A stretch of DNA of 64,000 nucleotides from Utricularia gibba (taxonomy: Eukaryota; Plantae; Magnoliophyta): the NCBI GenBank assembly GCA_002189035.1, contig NEEC01000018.1, positions 1,116,001 to 1,180,000 of the forward strand, given 5' to 3'. This document shows positions 24,075 to 38,087 of this stretch, piece after piece. Each line of letters opens with the position of its first letter. Within the stretch, counting starts at the first letter, position 1. The notes beneath the pieces are model-generated. The model saw nothing but the letters and a program-made list of their open reading frames with translations. It was not told the DNA's origin and searched no databases. Position numbers and translations under genes: made by a program.

Positions 24075-25924
24075 ATGGAGGTTAATGACATGGAAGGGAA
24101 TACAGATATGGAATCTGGCCCAGGACCAAGTTCAAGGGAGGATTATTTTCGTGATTCACATTATCCAGTTTCTGTTAAGCAAAAGGCGTACACTTTTGAT
24201 GGCAATGGTAATTACTACAACAAAGAATGGGACTTGACTCCAGGTAAAGGAAAAGAGTTTTGCTGGTACCATGTTGAGCTTCCAAAAGACTATAAGAATC
24301 TTACTCAGGTGGCTGAGTATCTCATAAGCATCTTATGCCCTCCGTTAAAGCTCCAAGACATATTATCTCTTGTTAGCAATGGACCATTCTGCGGGCACAT
24401 TGATGGTGCTCTTGTATTCAGAGTGAACTCACCGCGCCCTGCTTCTAGCAAATTTACTTTCAGAATTGCAGCAAGAGTTACTGAAAACTCAGTGATAACG
24501 GTTTCCCTAGGACGCATCCCAAGATTGGGATTTAGGCCTGCTAATGAGTCTTTATTGTCGGAGATTCCTGCTGTGGAGAGCTCTAGAAACACTGGCAGGA
24601 AAGGGATTCTGATCAAGGAAAGCCTACTTGAATCTCTTTTAGCAATGAACCATTCTGAAGAAGCTGATAATCCTGTCCCTAGAACAGTTTCCAATCTTGT
24701 TGTTCATATAGTTGACACACACGTGGATCATCTTCAGGTTGTTGTCACTGTTATGGAAATGGAACTGGACACCATTGAAATCGACCTCGACAGAGGTATG
24801 CTTTTTTTTTTTCGCATTGGAACATGCTTTTGCACTCCTCTGTGTCATTTCAAAACCCATAAGTTTAATATCTCTCAGTTGGTTATGGGCAGCTTAGCCT
24901 GTGATGGATGAACCATCCATCATATTTTTGTTGAGCACCTAATTCTGTCAAAGAATCAGTTTAAGAACGCATTAGAAGCACCACCATCACTATGTCCTCT
25001 TTCTTGTATTTGAATCACTATGTTTATGGTGTAGACGCATATTTCAGGTGGATTTGGCTTGAAGAAGCAGCTTTTAGATGAAAGAACATTCCCTAAAATG
25101 CATCTCGACTTGCAGCGCTTGTTGCAGGTACCTCATGTGCTTATAACCTTTGTAATGGCTAAACGAAAGGCATGAATTGCATAACGAGGAACTCTGTATA
25201 TGGCTAACCCCAGGTGATTGCTCACGCTGAGCAAGTGTTCCCACGAGTCAAGGAGAAATGCTCCATGAAAGATTGGTTCCCTCAAGAAGATGTGAATGCC
25301 TTGGAAGAGTTAGTTGGTCGGATCAGGAGACTAAAGGAGAGTGTTGGTTTCGTAGCAAATCGCGTCTCTGCCCTTCAAGCCGGACTCGATAGCTGGCAGT
25401 CAGAGCAGATAAACAGAAAGCTCTATTTCCTCTCCTTTCTCTCCATCGTCTTCTTGCCACTGTCAATAATCACTGGAGGTTAGATCTCTCCCTTAGCTCC
25501 CTTAAGTTCCTCAATCTACTGATCTTATGAAGCAGTTTCTGTACTTACCCAATGCTGCAAGTATGCAAGATATGAGATTAGTTCTAGAACTCAACTGCAT
25601 ATACAGAGTTCATCATAGTCATTGCTAACACCAATCTGCATTCTTTTGGAAACAGTTTTTGGGATGAATGTGGGGGGAGTTCCATGGACAGGCCAACGAG
25701 ATCCAGAGACGATCGAAGGCTTTCGCTACGTCATGATCCTGTGTGCAGCCATGCTGGGGGTCGTGCTTCTGTGCTTCGTTTTCCCAGTTCTTCATGGGCA
25801 AGTAGCAAAATGGCAGCACAGGCAACAGTTGAAAAGTTGCTTGTCTCTCAGATGGAGATCCTTCGCTTACAGAGCTGGTGTTCATGGAGACAGAGCAGAA
25901 AAACAGGGATATCTTCGTCTTTGA
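24075..25924 (+). CDS. CorA-like / ZntB-like divalent metal transporter; 4 exons
   Basis: Exons 24075-24795, 25048-25127, 25214-25478, 25656-25924. Motifs FCWYHVELP, CGHIDGALVFRVNS, QINRKLYFLSFLSIVFLPLSIITGVFGMNVGGVPW (CorA GMN signature). Confidence 0.93.
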
Positions 25925-26124
25925 TTCTGGAGAATCAGTTGCTGATTCATACCTAAAGGATTCATTTTCTGCAACCTTTACGAGTGTTGTTCATGAGACA
26001 TGAATTTAATAAATTAAAAGAATATACTAATATTATGCTCACGAATTAATGTTTTTATTTTTACCAATTACATTATTTTTATGATGAAATTGTATTAAAA
26101 ACATATTAGATTTAGATCAATATA

Positions 26125-26565
26125 AAAATTTAATCTTCAAATTTTTAAATTACAAAAAATATCTTAAATTGTCAAAAATGTACAAATTAATATTTAAAAT
26201 GGTTTTCAAAATTTTTAAAAAATGAACTAGTTTACAACATCATAAATCGATTCTAATTTTACAACAATAAAATTCTGTGGGTTTTTCACATTCGTAAATA
26301 GAGTTTGACAAACTGAAATACTTTAGTAGGTTTATATCATATTCGTATCTTACGATTTTTGAAATTTAATAAGGATAAGATCATCAGAGTAAGAAAAATG
26401 AAAATTATGAATAATGTTTATTATGATACACCTTTATAATTGTGTTAAAACCAAAATTGATTAATTTGGTTAATCAATTTTGAAAAATTCGAGGATAAAT
26501 CGTTTACAAAAAATATAAGTTGAAAAATTTATGACAATTTTAAAATTTTAAGACTAAATCTTTTA
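26125..26565. mobile_element. Possible decayed foldback / Mutator-like MITE
   Basis: Left atttaatcttcaaatttttaaatt resembles the reverse complement of right aattttaaaattttaagactaaat. Internal perfect hairpin caaaattgattaa-tttgg-ttaatcaattttg at 26452-26482. No TSD identified. Confidence 0.35.
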
Positions 26566-27165
26566 TGCTAACTGTAATTTGGATTTGGAATAACATCAAT
26601 AAACTCTATTCTTATCTTTATTATTTATCATAATTAAATTTATGATGGGTTAAAAACCTTTAAAAAACAATATTTTAAAAACAAATTGAACCTATTATTT
26701 AATTTAATCATGAGTTTGGATTAAATATTTTTTATAGTTAATTGAAATGACTTTAATAGTTTTTAATTATACTTCAAATTATTAAGAAAAATAAAAAGCT
26801 ATTATTTAAAAATCTGTTCAAAAGATAAAACAAATGAGCCTAAAAATTTGATCCAATAGGCCCAAATTTTGGAGGAATATGGGCCCAAATGAAAGGCGTG
26901 AAGACAGTGTGCTGCGACTGAGCAGCAAGCCCTTTCTTCTTCTGCGCTTCTTCCGCTGCGTGCATATTCGCTGCTGTTTTCTCTCTCGGGTATAGAGCTT
27001 CTTCTTTTGTTGTTTTTAGCCTTCGTTGGTAACATTCTGGGGTGCTACCCACTCTCTGATTTCTTTTCTAGCTATCTTTTTGAGGAATGAATGCGTAAAG
27101 TTAATAGCTTTTGTTTTCTTTCCTGTTGTTTGTTTTCATAGAGAAAATTTATTGACTTCGAAGGC

Positions 27166-30100
27166 ATGGGTAGCAAAAGGAGAGTGGCTGGGCCTACGCG
27201 GGAATCATCTGGGGTTGATTCAGGGACTCAGATTTCTAGTGAAGAACATTCGGACAAGGAGAAGAAAATAGTGAAAAAGAAGAAGCATCTTGAAAGGCAC
27301 CAGAGTGGCAATCAGGATGATCAGATTTCTAGTGAGGAACGTTCAGCCAAGAAGAAAAAAATGGAAAAGAAGAAGAATATTGAAGGGCCAAAGAATGAGG
27401 ATCACGATGATCCCTCTACCCTGCCTACATCATCGATTAACAAACCATCGTTAAATTCCATGGAGAGGAAGAAAAGACGGAAGCTTTTGGATAAAGAAAG
27501 ACACGAAGTAAGTGTGCAGAATGCTAATTCGGAATGTGAGAAGCCGGATAGTGTAGTGGAAAACGGCCACATTGAGAATGGTAGTACGAGTAGGGGTGGG
27601 ATAACAATATTGCCTGAATTTCATATTGGGGTTTTCAAGGATCTTGCAGCTTTTGATGCAAGTGTTAGAGAATCTGCGGCCAAGGCATTGGCCACAGAGT
27701 TACGGAAGGTACAGGATGTGTATGAGAACCTGGAAGATAAGACTGTCGTTGAGGATAAGTCGAAACTTGAGGCTGAAAAGGAAGATGGTTTGAACAACTG
27801 TGCGCCATCTGTGAGATATGCTGTGAGGAGACTTATTCGTGGTGTGTCATCATCCAGAGAGGTGAGATTATTTATTTTAGAAAAATGATGTTAGACTTTA
27901 TTGAAAAGCATTTGCGCAGATACCTGAAAATGTTCTGGCACTGTTTTACATATATATTGATCGCTGGACGTATATGATTTCACATGGATATCATGCAATT
28001 TTGTGGTATTGTTTTTTGTTCTTCATACATGATATTCAAAAAAATTTGGGTGCGGTAGAAAAAGAATGTGCTGCTTGTGCTAATTTTATTTTTCCTATTG
28101 ATAAAGTTTGCCAGGCAAGGATTTTCCTTGGGGCTCACCATTTTAATTAGCAAGGTTACAAGCATTAAGGTAGAATCTTTGCTGAAACTCATCGTGAGTT
28201 TGCTGGAAATCTCTTCTTCCATGAAAGGCCAGGTTGGAAGATGTTGAAGTATTCAATATTAAAACGACATTAACACCAGGTGGCATTGCCTGACATTAAT
28301 GCTTGCCATGTAGGAGGCTAGAGATTGCCTATTGGGGCGTTTGTTTGCGTATGGAGCTATTGCCAGGTCAGGTAGACTTACTGAAGAATGGAAAAATGAC
28401 CAAAAGACTCCTTTAATCAGAGAATTCACGAGTAGTCTCATTTCCATTGCTTCCAAGAAACGCTACTTACAAGAGCCTGCTGTTGCAGTTTTGCTGGAAA
28501 TGATTGAAAAGGTTCTCTTTCCTTCACCATTCTCCGCAATTATTGGGAAGAAACTAAAGGAACATAAAATGCTCCTCAAATTGGGAATGTTGTTCCATTC
28601 TGTTTTCTATGAGGGTCTTGATTATTTTTTTCGTCATTTGGATAGATAGTCAGAGTTCTTCTGCTGCCATGGCGTGTCTTTTATTTACTTATTTTTTCTA
28701 ATCTTACTTGTTAGTATTGCTCTAAAATTTTGTTAAAACTCATTTTAGTTACCTATTGAGGCCTTGATGGACCATGTCATCGAAGCGCCAGGAATTCAGG
28801 ATTGGTTTGCTCAAGCATCAGAAACAGGGAATCCCGATGCATTGCTACTAGCTCTTAAATTACAGGGGAAGATTCGTGTTGATGACAAGTGCGGAAAATT
28901 ACTACCTTCACCATATTCTAAAAACAATTTTTTTGCTGCGGATCATCTATCATCTATTGCTAATTGCTTGAAGGTGATTTCATTGACTTATTGCAATCAT
29001 ATTCTGTGTTTTTTGGCTGCCTGAATCTCATATTTTTTCTGCGAGATATCAGGAATCTACATTCTGTCAGCCACGGGTGCATCCTATCTGGCCTTTTTTA
29101 GTTGGCTACTTATTGCCTGACTGCGGACAAGAATTGAATGCAGAAGCAGGCCTAGTTGACATCAAGAGACACAAGAGACATCGGAAAACTAGTTCTGTTG
29201 AAGAAGATACAGAAAGAAATTTTAAATGTTTTACAGTGCAAATAATTGAAGATTCACTTCTTGCATCATCACATGATCGCAAGAAATTGGCATTTGATGT
29301 TTACTTGCTCCTTCTTCCGAGGATACATCCAGGCTGCGTTCGGTTTCTGTTGTCTTACAAGGTTGTCCAATGTATAATCGATATACTTTCAACAAAAGAT
29401 TCATGGCTTTATAAAGTTGCTCAAAATTTTCTCAAAGAGCTTTCTGAATGGGTGGTACAAGATGAGTTTCGGAGAGCTGAGGTTATTGTAGCTCTTCAGA
29501 AACACAGTAATGGTAAATTTGATTGCCTGACCAGGTCAAAAACTGTAAAAGATCTCTTGATGGATTTAAAAACAGAGTCAGGTTGTACTCTTTATATTCA
29601 GACTTTGGTGGCTATTTTCCTTGGTGAAAATAATGCCTCGGAAGAGCCCTCAGATCAGAGTCAAACTGTGGATGAGAATTCTGAGAGTGGTTCTATTGAA
29701 GACAAAGATGCCGTTTTGACATCGGGTGGTTCTGAATTCCTTAGGAGTTGGATCGCTGAATCCTTTCTGAGTATCTTAAAGCATTTGAAAGTTGATCAGG
29801 ATGCTAGATTCCGTGTACAGAAAGATATCATGAAGTTCCTTGCTGTTCAAGGTCTATTTTCATCAGCACTTGGGTCTGAAGTTACTTCTTTTGATTTAAA
29901 AGAAAAGCTTAGGTGGCCAAAATCTCCCATTTCTAGTTCTCTGGGCCTGATGTGCATTGAGCAGCTACAATTATTGCTTGCAAATGCCGAGAAAGGAGAA
30001 GTGCATCAAACTGTGGGAAGTTTTGTCGATTCAAATGATCTTGGTTCTGAATTTATGCATTTCCTTAGCACACTATGCAACATTCCATCAGTATCTCTAT

Positions 30101-32413
30101 CCAGACAATTGAGCGATGATGATGAGAAATGTTTCAAGATGATCCAGGCCATGGAGAGCCAACTATCAAGAGAGGTATGGCACTTAGAGTGATTTACCTT
30201 TTAAGTGATTGCTTGTCCTTTGCTCTCCTACTGGTTATTATCAGATTCCATGGTCTTCTCTCTACCATCCGCATTGTTTTCTTTGCCCATGTTGTTATCC
30301 CCTGATGCAAAAACATGTTCTTACGCACTCAGCATTAACTTATAACCATGCATTCTTCATATAAATTTCTGTCACTTAAGTGCAACTTTTTTCCATGCCC
30401 TCCCCACCCTCTTCTTATTATTTTTTCTTTAAAGCAATATTTTCTTTCAGATGAACGTTATATCGACTCTCTTTTTTTTTTCCTGTTGAAGGAGCGTAAT
30501 TGTGGCCTTAGCACAGATGCTAATAAATTCCATGCACTGAGGTACTTGCTTATCCAATTGCTGCTTCAAATCTTTCATAGACCTGGGGAATTTTTCGAAG
30601 CTGGCATGGAACTCGTAATGTGTTGTAAAAAGGCAATTGGCTCACCAGATCTCCCAGAGTCTGCCGAAGAAGATGAACCTGAGTTGATGGATGTGCTTGT
30701 TGACACTATGCTTTCTCTGTTGCCACAGGCTTCATCTCCACTTCGCTCTGCAATTGAGCTGGTAAGATAATTTTTGTTTTTACTCAAATCATTCTCTGCT
30801 ACTGAGTCCCCCCTTCAAAGTTATCTCTATGCGTCAGTGGAAGACATTGGAAGTTTGTTCACCCTGCTTGTATGTTTATATCATCTCTAAAAAGAATAAA
30901 TGAACTGCAATGATAACTTAGCATATCCCTTTTATATTTATCATAATACGTTATTAAATAATGATCAAACTGGTCACTCCAGTAATTTTAGAGAAGTCAT
31001 GAGTTGTGTTTGTCTGTATGATGCAGGTTTTTAAATATTATTGTGATGATATCACGGATGATGGGCTGCATCGCATGTTATGTGTCGTTAAAAAAGATTT
31101 GAAACCGGCTCGACATAAAAATACCAATGATGAAGATGAAGATGAAGATGGTGAAGAAGATCTCCTTGGTGTTGAGGAAGCAGAGGAGTCTTATGAGTCC
31201 GAGACTGGTGAAACTGCTGACAGTGATGACCACATAGACGATTCCGAGGTTGATGATTCAGAGGTTGTGAGTGCTGTGGATCAGGTTACTAAAGAACTTC
31301 CCGATGCATCTGATGCTGATTCCGATGAGGCAATGGATGATGATGCAATGTTTCGCATGGACACTTATCTTGCGAGAATATTCAAGGAAAAGAAGAACCA
31401 AGCGGGGACAGAAACTGCTCATTCCCAGCTTGTGCTCTTTAAGCTCCGTGTTCTTTCCTTGCTGGAGATTTATCTGCATGAAAATCCAGGCAAATTCATT
31501 TATATTTGTGTCATTCTTTAGCTTAGCTTTCTGTGTTGCTCGACAAATAATTATCTTTGCTGATCCATTTGCAGGGAGACCGCAGGTGGTTAAGATATTT
31601 TCAAACCTGGCACATGCGTTTGCAAATCCACAGACAACAGAAGGAAGTGAGCAGCTCAGTCAACGAATATGGGGGATTATTCAGAAAAGAATATTCAAAT
31701 CCAAGGACTATCCCAAAGGAGGATCTGTGCAGCTTTCTGCACTTGTGGTTCTTCTTGAGAAGTACTTGAAGTTGGCAGCCAAACCCTTCAAGAGAAAAAA
31801 ATCAGCTCCAAATCCTTCCAACAAGAAGCTATCTGCATCCTGGAAACGATATCGAATGATCAATTCGCTTGCACAGAGTTCAACATTCTGGATCTTGAAA
31901 ATCATTGATGCTGGAAACTTCAAGGGGCCAGAACTGCAAGGGGTCGGTGACATTTTCCAAACTGTTCTGGAAGCCTATTTTGATAGCAAGAAATCTCAAA
32001 TGAAAGTTCAGTTTCTCAAGGAAATCTTCAGAAGACGGCCATGGATTGGCCATCACCTTCTTGGTTTCCTCCTGGAGAAATGCAGCTGTGCAAAATCTCA
32101 GTTTCGTCAAGTTGAGGCTCTTGATCTGGTGCTGGAAGTGTTGAAGTCCGTAGCAACTTCAAAGTCTGATCAAAGTACATTGTGCAGCCATCTCCCCAAT
32201 CTGAGCCATCTGATCAGTCACCTGGTGATCCATATGCCTGAGAAGCAGTCGAGGCGAGCCGACGTGCTCAAATTCTGCCGCAAAGTGATCCAGATGCTGA
32301 CCACCTCCAATCTAGGCGAAAGATTCATTGACACCATGGGAGCGGATGATCAAGCTGCATGTATAATCCATCTGGGTGAGGCTTTTCTGACTTTGAAGAA
32401 ACAGCAGTCCTGA
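27166..32413 (+). CDS. DNA polymerase V family / Myb-binding protein 1A-like nucleolar rDNA transcription regulator; 8 exons
   Basis: LPEFHIGVFKDLA, EAEKEDGLNNCAPSVRYAVRRLIRGVSSSRE, ARQGFSLGL, KKRYLQEPAV, SHDRKKLAFD, DDDAMFRMDTYLARIFKEKKNQAG, AHSQLVLFKLRVLSLLEIYLHENPG. Exons join in frame to TGA at 32413. Confidence 0.95.
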
Positions 32414-33985
32414 AGATATCAGCCATGGGAGGTTCTGGTTCATGAAAACAGGATTCAGAAGCTTCTGTATTCAACTTCTTGTCAGTAGGGATGATGGCTA
32501 TCCATTGCTTTTCCAATAGAATTGCCTTGTAGCAGCTCCTAGCTTTCCTGCAATGCATCATTAAAAATTTTGTTTGTAATCTTTGCAGCATGGTTGGTGC
32601 CTTTGTATTGATGGGGATCTGGATTCATTCTTTCCTGGTTATTTTATTCTGAGCGACTAGATATTACAGCATTGTGTTGTGGAAGCTGATGCAGATGCCA
32701 TATTCAAGATGATATTCTTAAAAGATGTATTTCATGTCATATCAGCATGCTCAACATGGCATGCTGGAAATTCAACAGTTCAGTTTTTTTTCAAAAACGG
32801 ATCATTTAGAAAGTGGTCACTGTTATTTTTTTTTCTTATATAGTTCATCAAAAAATTTACACGTAAAATGATCATTTTTTTTTTCACACAATGTTTTACA
32901 CATGTTCAATTTTCTAATTCATCAATAAAAAAACTGTATCTTTTGTTTTTATATTAGAATTATAGGATTTGGTAGTACTTTTAACGTATATGGTGTTAAA
33001 TTTATAGTACAAGTCACTTAAATAAATACGAGTGTTTTGTAATAAATGTTATTTGAAAAAAATAATAATTATTAAGTATGTAATAAAAAAGATTATTAAA
33101 TTCATATCTAACATCATTAAATATTTGTCATTCAATATTATTATATATTTATTATAAGACTAATTAACACTACATAATACATGAATTTATATTTTATTAT
33201 AAATAAAAGCTTAAATAAAAAATTATTGAAATGAAAATAACATTCAATATAAAATAATCTTTCTCACCCCATCATTTTTCTAACTGTCTATTTGTACTGT
33301 TCACCATCGTTTTTATAACAGTCTGGTTGTTCAAAATTTCCGATGGCCTTTAGCTGCCATTAATTAACTCCGAAGAAGATAAATAAAAGTTTTTAACTTT
33401 TTTTCACAATACCAACAGCACTGGAAAAACAGCAGCGCAGCGCACACGGTTTCTTCTTCAGATCAGCTGCAGGGGAGTTGATGCTTCCGATAAATAGTAG
33501 TCACATGTTGTCATCCGATTCTGGAAGGCGAAATGTCACCGACGGCAGCTATGCTGATGCTGTGCCACCACCACACCTCGACGCCGGCGCTGTCAGCGGG
33601 CTCGCCCGCGAGCAAAACTTCAGTGGTTTCTCGATTCCGGTTGTACATGGCGAAGTGGATTTCAGGGGAGATGATGGTTTCCGGCGAGCGGAGGGCGGGT
33701 GAGGGTCTGTTGATCAAAGATGGGTTGAAGGATGTGTAGAAGATCGATCCCTTTTTCCTTGAAAGTTCTGTTGTAATGCATTAGTTTCCATCCTTCTGTA
33801 AATAGAGGAATCATGTTAAGTGGATAACCCTTTTGTTGTAATAGCAAAGTAATGACTATTTACTGATAAACGCGTATACTTTTCACCTATTTGTCTCTGC
33901 AAATGTAGCTTCTAAGCTCCAATCCAAGAAAGCATCTTGTTCAGTTCATATCAGCAAGACCTGCAGGGAAGCGGGGGAGAACAGT

Positions 33986-35220
33986 TTAGTTGTACAATTG
34001 GTGGAATCCTGAGCACGCCTCCAAGACGCTTTCCTTGTGACCAAAAGCACTTTCCCTGATGAACCCTTCTCCACCTGGCCCGAGCCCACTTCCAGGGGGG
34101 ATGACAACAGAGGCTTCTCAAGGATCTAATTTAGCACATCCCCATGAGCTTTGTGCAGGGGAGTGAACCCTCACACAAGGAGTATTCTTACCACTTTACA
34201 CGTTGAACCTGAGTGTATTCAATGTATCCACCATGATCGAAAGAACCTGAGTGAAGTACGTTTAGAATTTTTTTCTTACAGAAGAATCAAATGAACTTTG
34301 CATTCACAAAGTATAAATGTTTCGGCAGTAAGCTTATAATTGAATGGAAAATATCACGAGTAAAGGTACTGCGAACTAACTGTGTAAGAGGGGTCTCGAA
34401 CAGCCATTTTCTGTCTGATCCAAAAAGAACCTGCCGAAATAAAATGATGTGATAATCAGATATAAACCATTCAGAAATAAAAAATGGGGTAACGTTGAAT
34501 AAACCAATCCTGAAGGCGAAAAATGTCACTTTTTGCACCATCAGAAACAAATATATCATCTTCCTCAATGCCAAGATCAGCAAAATATATTGAAGCAATG
34601 GCCGCTCCAGGTTTCTGCTTTGAGAATGTGTTAAGGACAAACAAACAAAAGTCTACGGGCATTTTAACATGTGTGCTGATCTTCTTCTCGCCATCTGATG
34701 AACACAGATAATCATGAAGCCATGAATGGGAGATTCCTTATACAACATCTCCAAACTGTAACAACTTACCTACGGGAAGAGATACTAGCTTCAAGATTCG
34801 CCAGGTTTGTATTATGGGACACCTTTGTCTTGTCAATTTCATCAGTATGACATGAGAGTCATAATTATTTAACATTTTAACCATCACAAACAAGAGAATC
34901 AGCACAATTGTGCTTAATACGCAAAGGAAAGGAACACTCCAGCAATAAAAGCTTCACACATGATACAGTTAAAAAAAAAAAAAAAAAAAAAACTCCATTA
35001 ACTGTTTTCCCCTCAGCGGTGGCCGGAGCCACACATTTCAGGCTTAGTACCAGTCTTCTAGAAAAAAGAAACACTAGCATGCCTGCGAAATTGTCAAAAT
35101 CCTTGCAATAAAACCTTTCTCAAGAAAATGGAACCAGGATATCTAACTACCCAAACTCAACTAGACAATCTTCAGATCTGCGTCGCCCATGAAACTCGAG
35201 CCGCAAGAGATTAGCGACAT
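33986..35220 (-). pseudogene. AGD2: LL-diaminopimelate aminotransferase (AGD2/DapL-like) pseudogene with nonsense codons, frameshifts and two internal deletions
   Basis: Remnants [125 protein letters not shown]. The central PLP-lysine region is absent. Confidence 0.88.
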
Positions 35221-35523
35221 TTTTTTCCCGCAGCGGCAGACCCAGTTACCTTCCACGCCTCACTCCAGAACCCTACAAGAACCTCAGTTGCAGATTGCTA
35301 CATTATTAGACGCCCATCTTGGCAAGAGTTAGAAAACGAAAATTCTCATTTCGATTCCATGATTTTTTATAGAAAAAAACAAGGAAATTTAGCGAATAAT
35401 TTAGAGAGATTTGGCTAAAAAACTAGAAGAACATGCATTGCTTAAATTACTGAGGGAAAAGTACAAAAGGGATAAGAGGGAAACTAAGGTATCTACGGCG
35501 GAAGCACAGAATTCCAACTTGAA

Positions 35524-35982
<459 letters not shown>

Positions 35983-35985
35983 TCA

Positions 35986-36140
35986 AATATATAGAGGCGG
36001 TTTCGGGGAAAAACTGGCGGGATGAAGAAATGATCTGAACCGTAGAATCCCATCTTTTCTATCGGACGGGTGGATCATGTTCTTTAATGAAATCAACGCT
36101 CCTTATTCCTCCTCTAACATACACACGGATTCATGACGTG
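35986..36140 (-). promoter_or_regulatory. Histone H3 promoter: TATA box, CCGTC motif and type-I-like Hex/Oct element
   Basis: Minus strand CTATATAT near 35988-35995, CCCGTCC near 36064-36070, and CACGTCATGAATCCGT at 36125-36140 resembling plant histone type I element CCACGTCANCGATCCGCG. Confidence 0.6.
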
Positions 36141-36659
36141 TAAATGAAAAACAGAAAAAATACATAGATTAAGATACAACATATTCACTTGCAAATTTTA
36201 TTTTATTTCAAATTTGTGTGTAATATTAAGCATATACGTCATTTTGAGTGAAAAATAATAAATTAATTTAAGAAAATTATATTTTATTAAAAATATAATT
36301 GAAAAATCGAGAATAATTTACTTTTACTTTTAACCTCAATCCACTATAAACTCATAAATATTTATGATATAAAGTAATAGTGAAAATTAGTACGTTTTAA
36401 AAGAAACCGTCCATCCTATTATTTAATTTTAATAGTAAAAATTAGTTATATTATATATATAATTTCTTTTATTTTTCAAAAAGTGATCACATGACGGAAA
36501 GAATCACAATGGGGATTTTTTTTGAAAACTAATCATTCTAAAATTTTATCTCACTCATTAATTTTATACATTTATTTTAACACAAACTAATAATATGACT
36601 CAACAACCATTCGCAAAAAAGTGGCGGATATGTCAAGATCCCGACACTTGTTTTCGTTC

Positions 36660-38087
36660 CTAGTACTCGGTAACCTGTTGCCTGAGTTCTTTGCGTAGAC
36701 GTCGAGAGAAAGGGCCGCAGGCGTCAACGCTGAGATCAAGCGCCGCCGCAAGGGCCACGAAGGCGGCCGCGTCCTCGGCGCAACTCACGTGTTGCACACC
36801 CACTTCAACCTCCGGCTTACTGGGCTTGCCGCAGCCGCCGACGGTCGAAGACATGACAAATCCTTTGTACAGTAGATGCCCCCACGATCCGGACCCAGAA
36901 GCTGAACCGAAATCCGAACTCGAGCCGGAACCCGAACAGGATCCGAGATCGAAGCTCCCGGTGGGGCTCGGGAGCAAACTTGGTCCGGTGGTGATGTCGA
37001 CGCTGAACTTCCCACCTGTTTTCGCGTCGATGGTGGAATTCGCCAGGGATAGAGTCTCTGTGCCTCCTCCATCGGGGATAAGATAAAACCGGTAACCGAG
37101 ACAGCTGCGGCCAATGCCGCGGCGTTCACGCCACGCCTCGAGCCGCGCCCATGGCTTCCAGGTGCCGTCGCCTGGCCGGAGAATGAGCCACGCCCCTGGA
37201 TTGGATTTCGTCACATAATCGGAGCCTTCGGAAGGCACAAACGGCGTTAGAATCGAGGCTGCGGCCACCGGAGAACCAGAGAGATCGTGGATAGTCAAGG
37301 ACCACCCTTTTCGCTCTTTCAGAGGCTTCTGTTGTTCATCGGCACTCGGCGAACGGAAACAGCTAGCCACCGAGGAAGTACTTGGCTCCGATGCCGAAGA
37401 CCTGGCATCAATCATGCCAATTTCTCGTGAGAATTAGAATTCGATTTCAATTTTGCGAAACATTCTCACTGGATTATTCAATTTACCTTGATCTCAAGCT
37501 CCATTCCCCAGAATTTCTGAAAGCGAACTTGCAACTGAAAACAGGCTGCTTCACATTACCATTGACCTGGAAAACCTGGGGGCTGCACTCAGGCTCGCCG
37601 TCGAATCGAAACACAAATCTTGGGTCTGCCTCAGCCCTAACAGTGAGGTGCAGCTTCGCCCCCGACCTCCCAAACCCCACCCACCCGTTCTGAACCACAG
37701 TCGCCTTGTTCACCCCACAATTCTCCACAACATTCTTCAAATCCAACCGCACAACAACGCGGCCGATAAGCTTCCCCTCCTGAAACCGCCACAACCCCAG
37801 CCACTCCCTCCGCTACAGATATCAATCTTCAAATCGGAACAAGCCTTTCTCGATTTCTCAATAAGCGTTTCCACCTCCACCTTGCTCAACGAGAAACACA
37901 CGTTAACCCTATTCTCCACCGCATCATCCCCCTCAGCGGCGGCGAGCTTCACGTTGCAGGTCTGCGAAGGCAGTCCCCGGAGTTTGAACCTACAGCAGTA
38001 TTCGGACGAAGAGAGACGCATCCGCACCTCCGGCAATGTCAGCGCCAAGTTCCCGACGAGTAACCGCACGAAGGGACAAGGATCCAT
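36660..38087 (-). CDS. DUF1005-family protein (N-terminal C2-like domain); 2 exons, one apparent 1-nt deletion
   Basis: MDPCPFVRLLVGNLAL, LHLTVRAEADPRFVFRFDGEPECSPQVFQVNGNVKQPVFSCKF, KERKGWSLTIHDLSGSPVAAASILTPFVPSEGSDYVTKSNPGAWLILRP, WKPWARLEAWRER, CAEDAAAFVALAAALDLSVDAC. Frame slips at the run 37774-37777. Confidence 0.92.
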
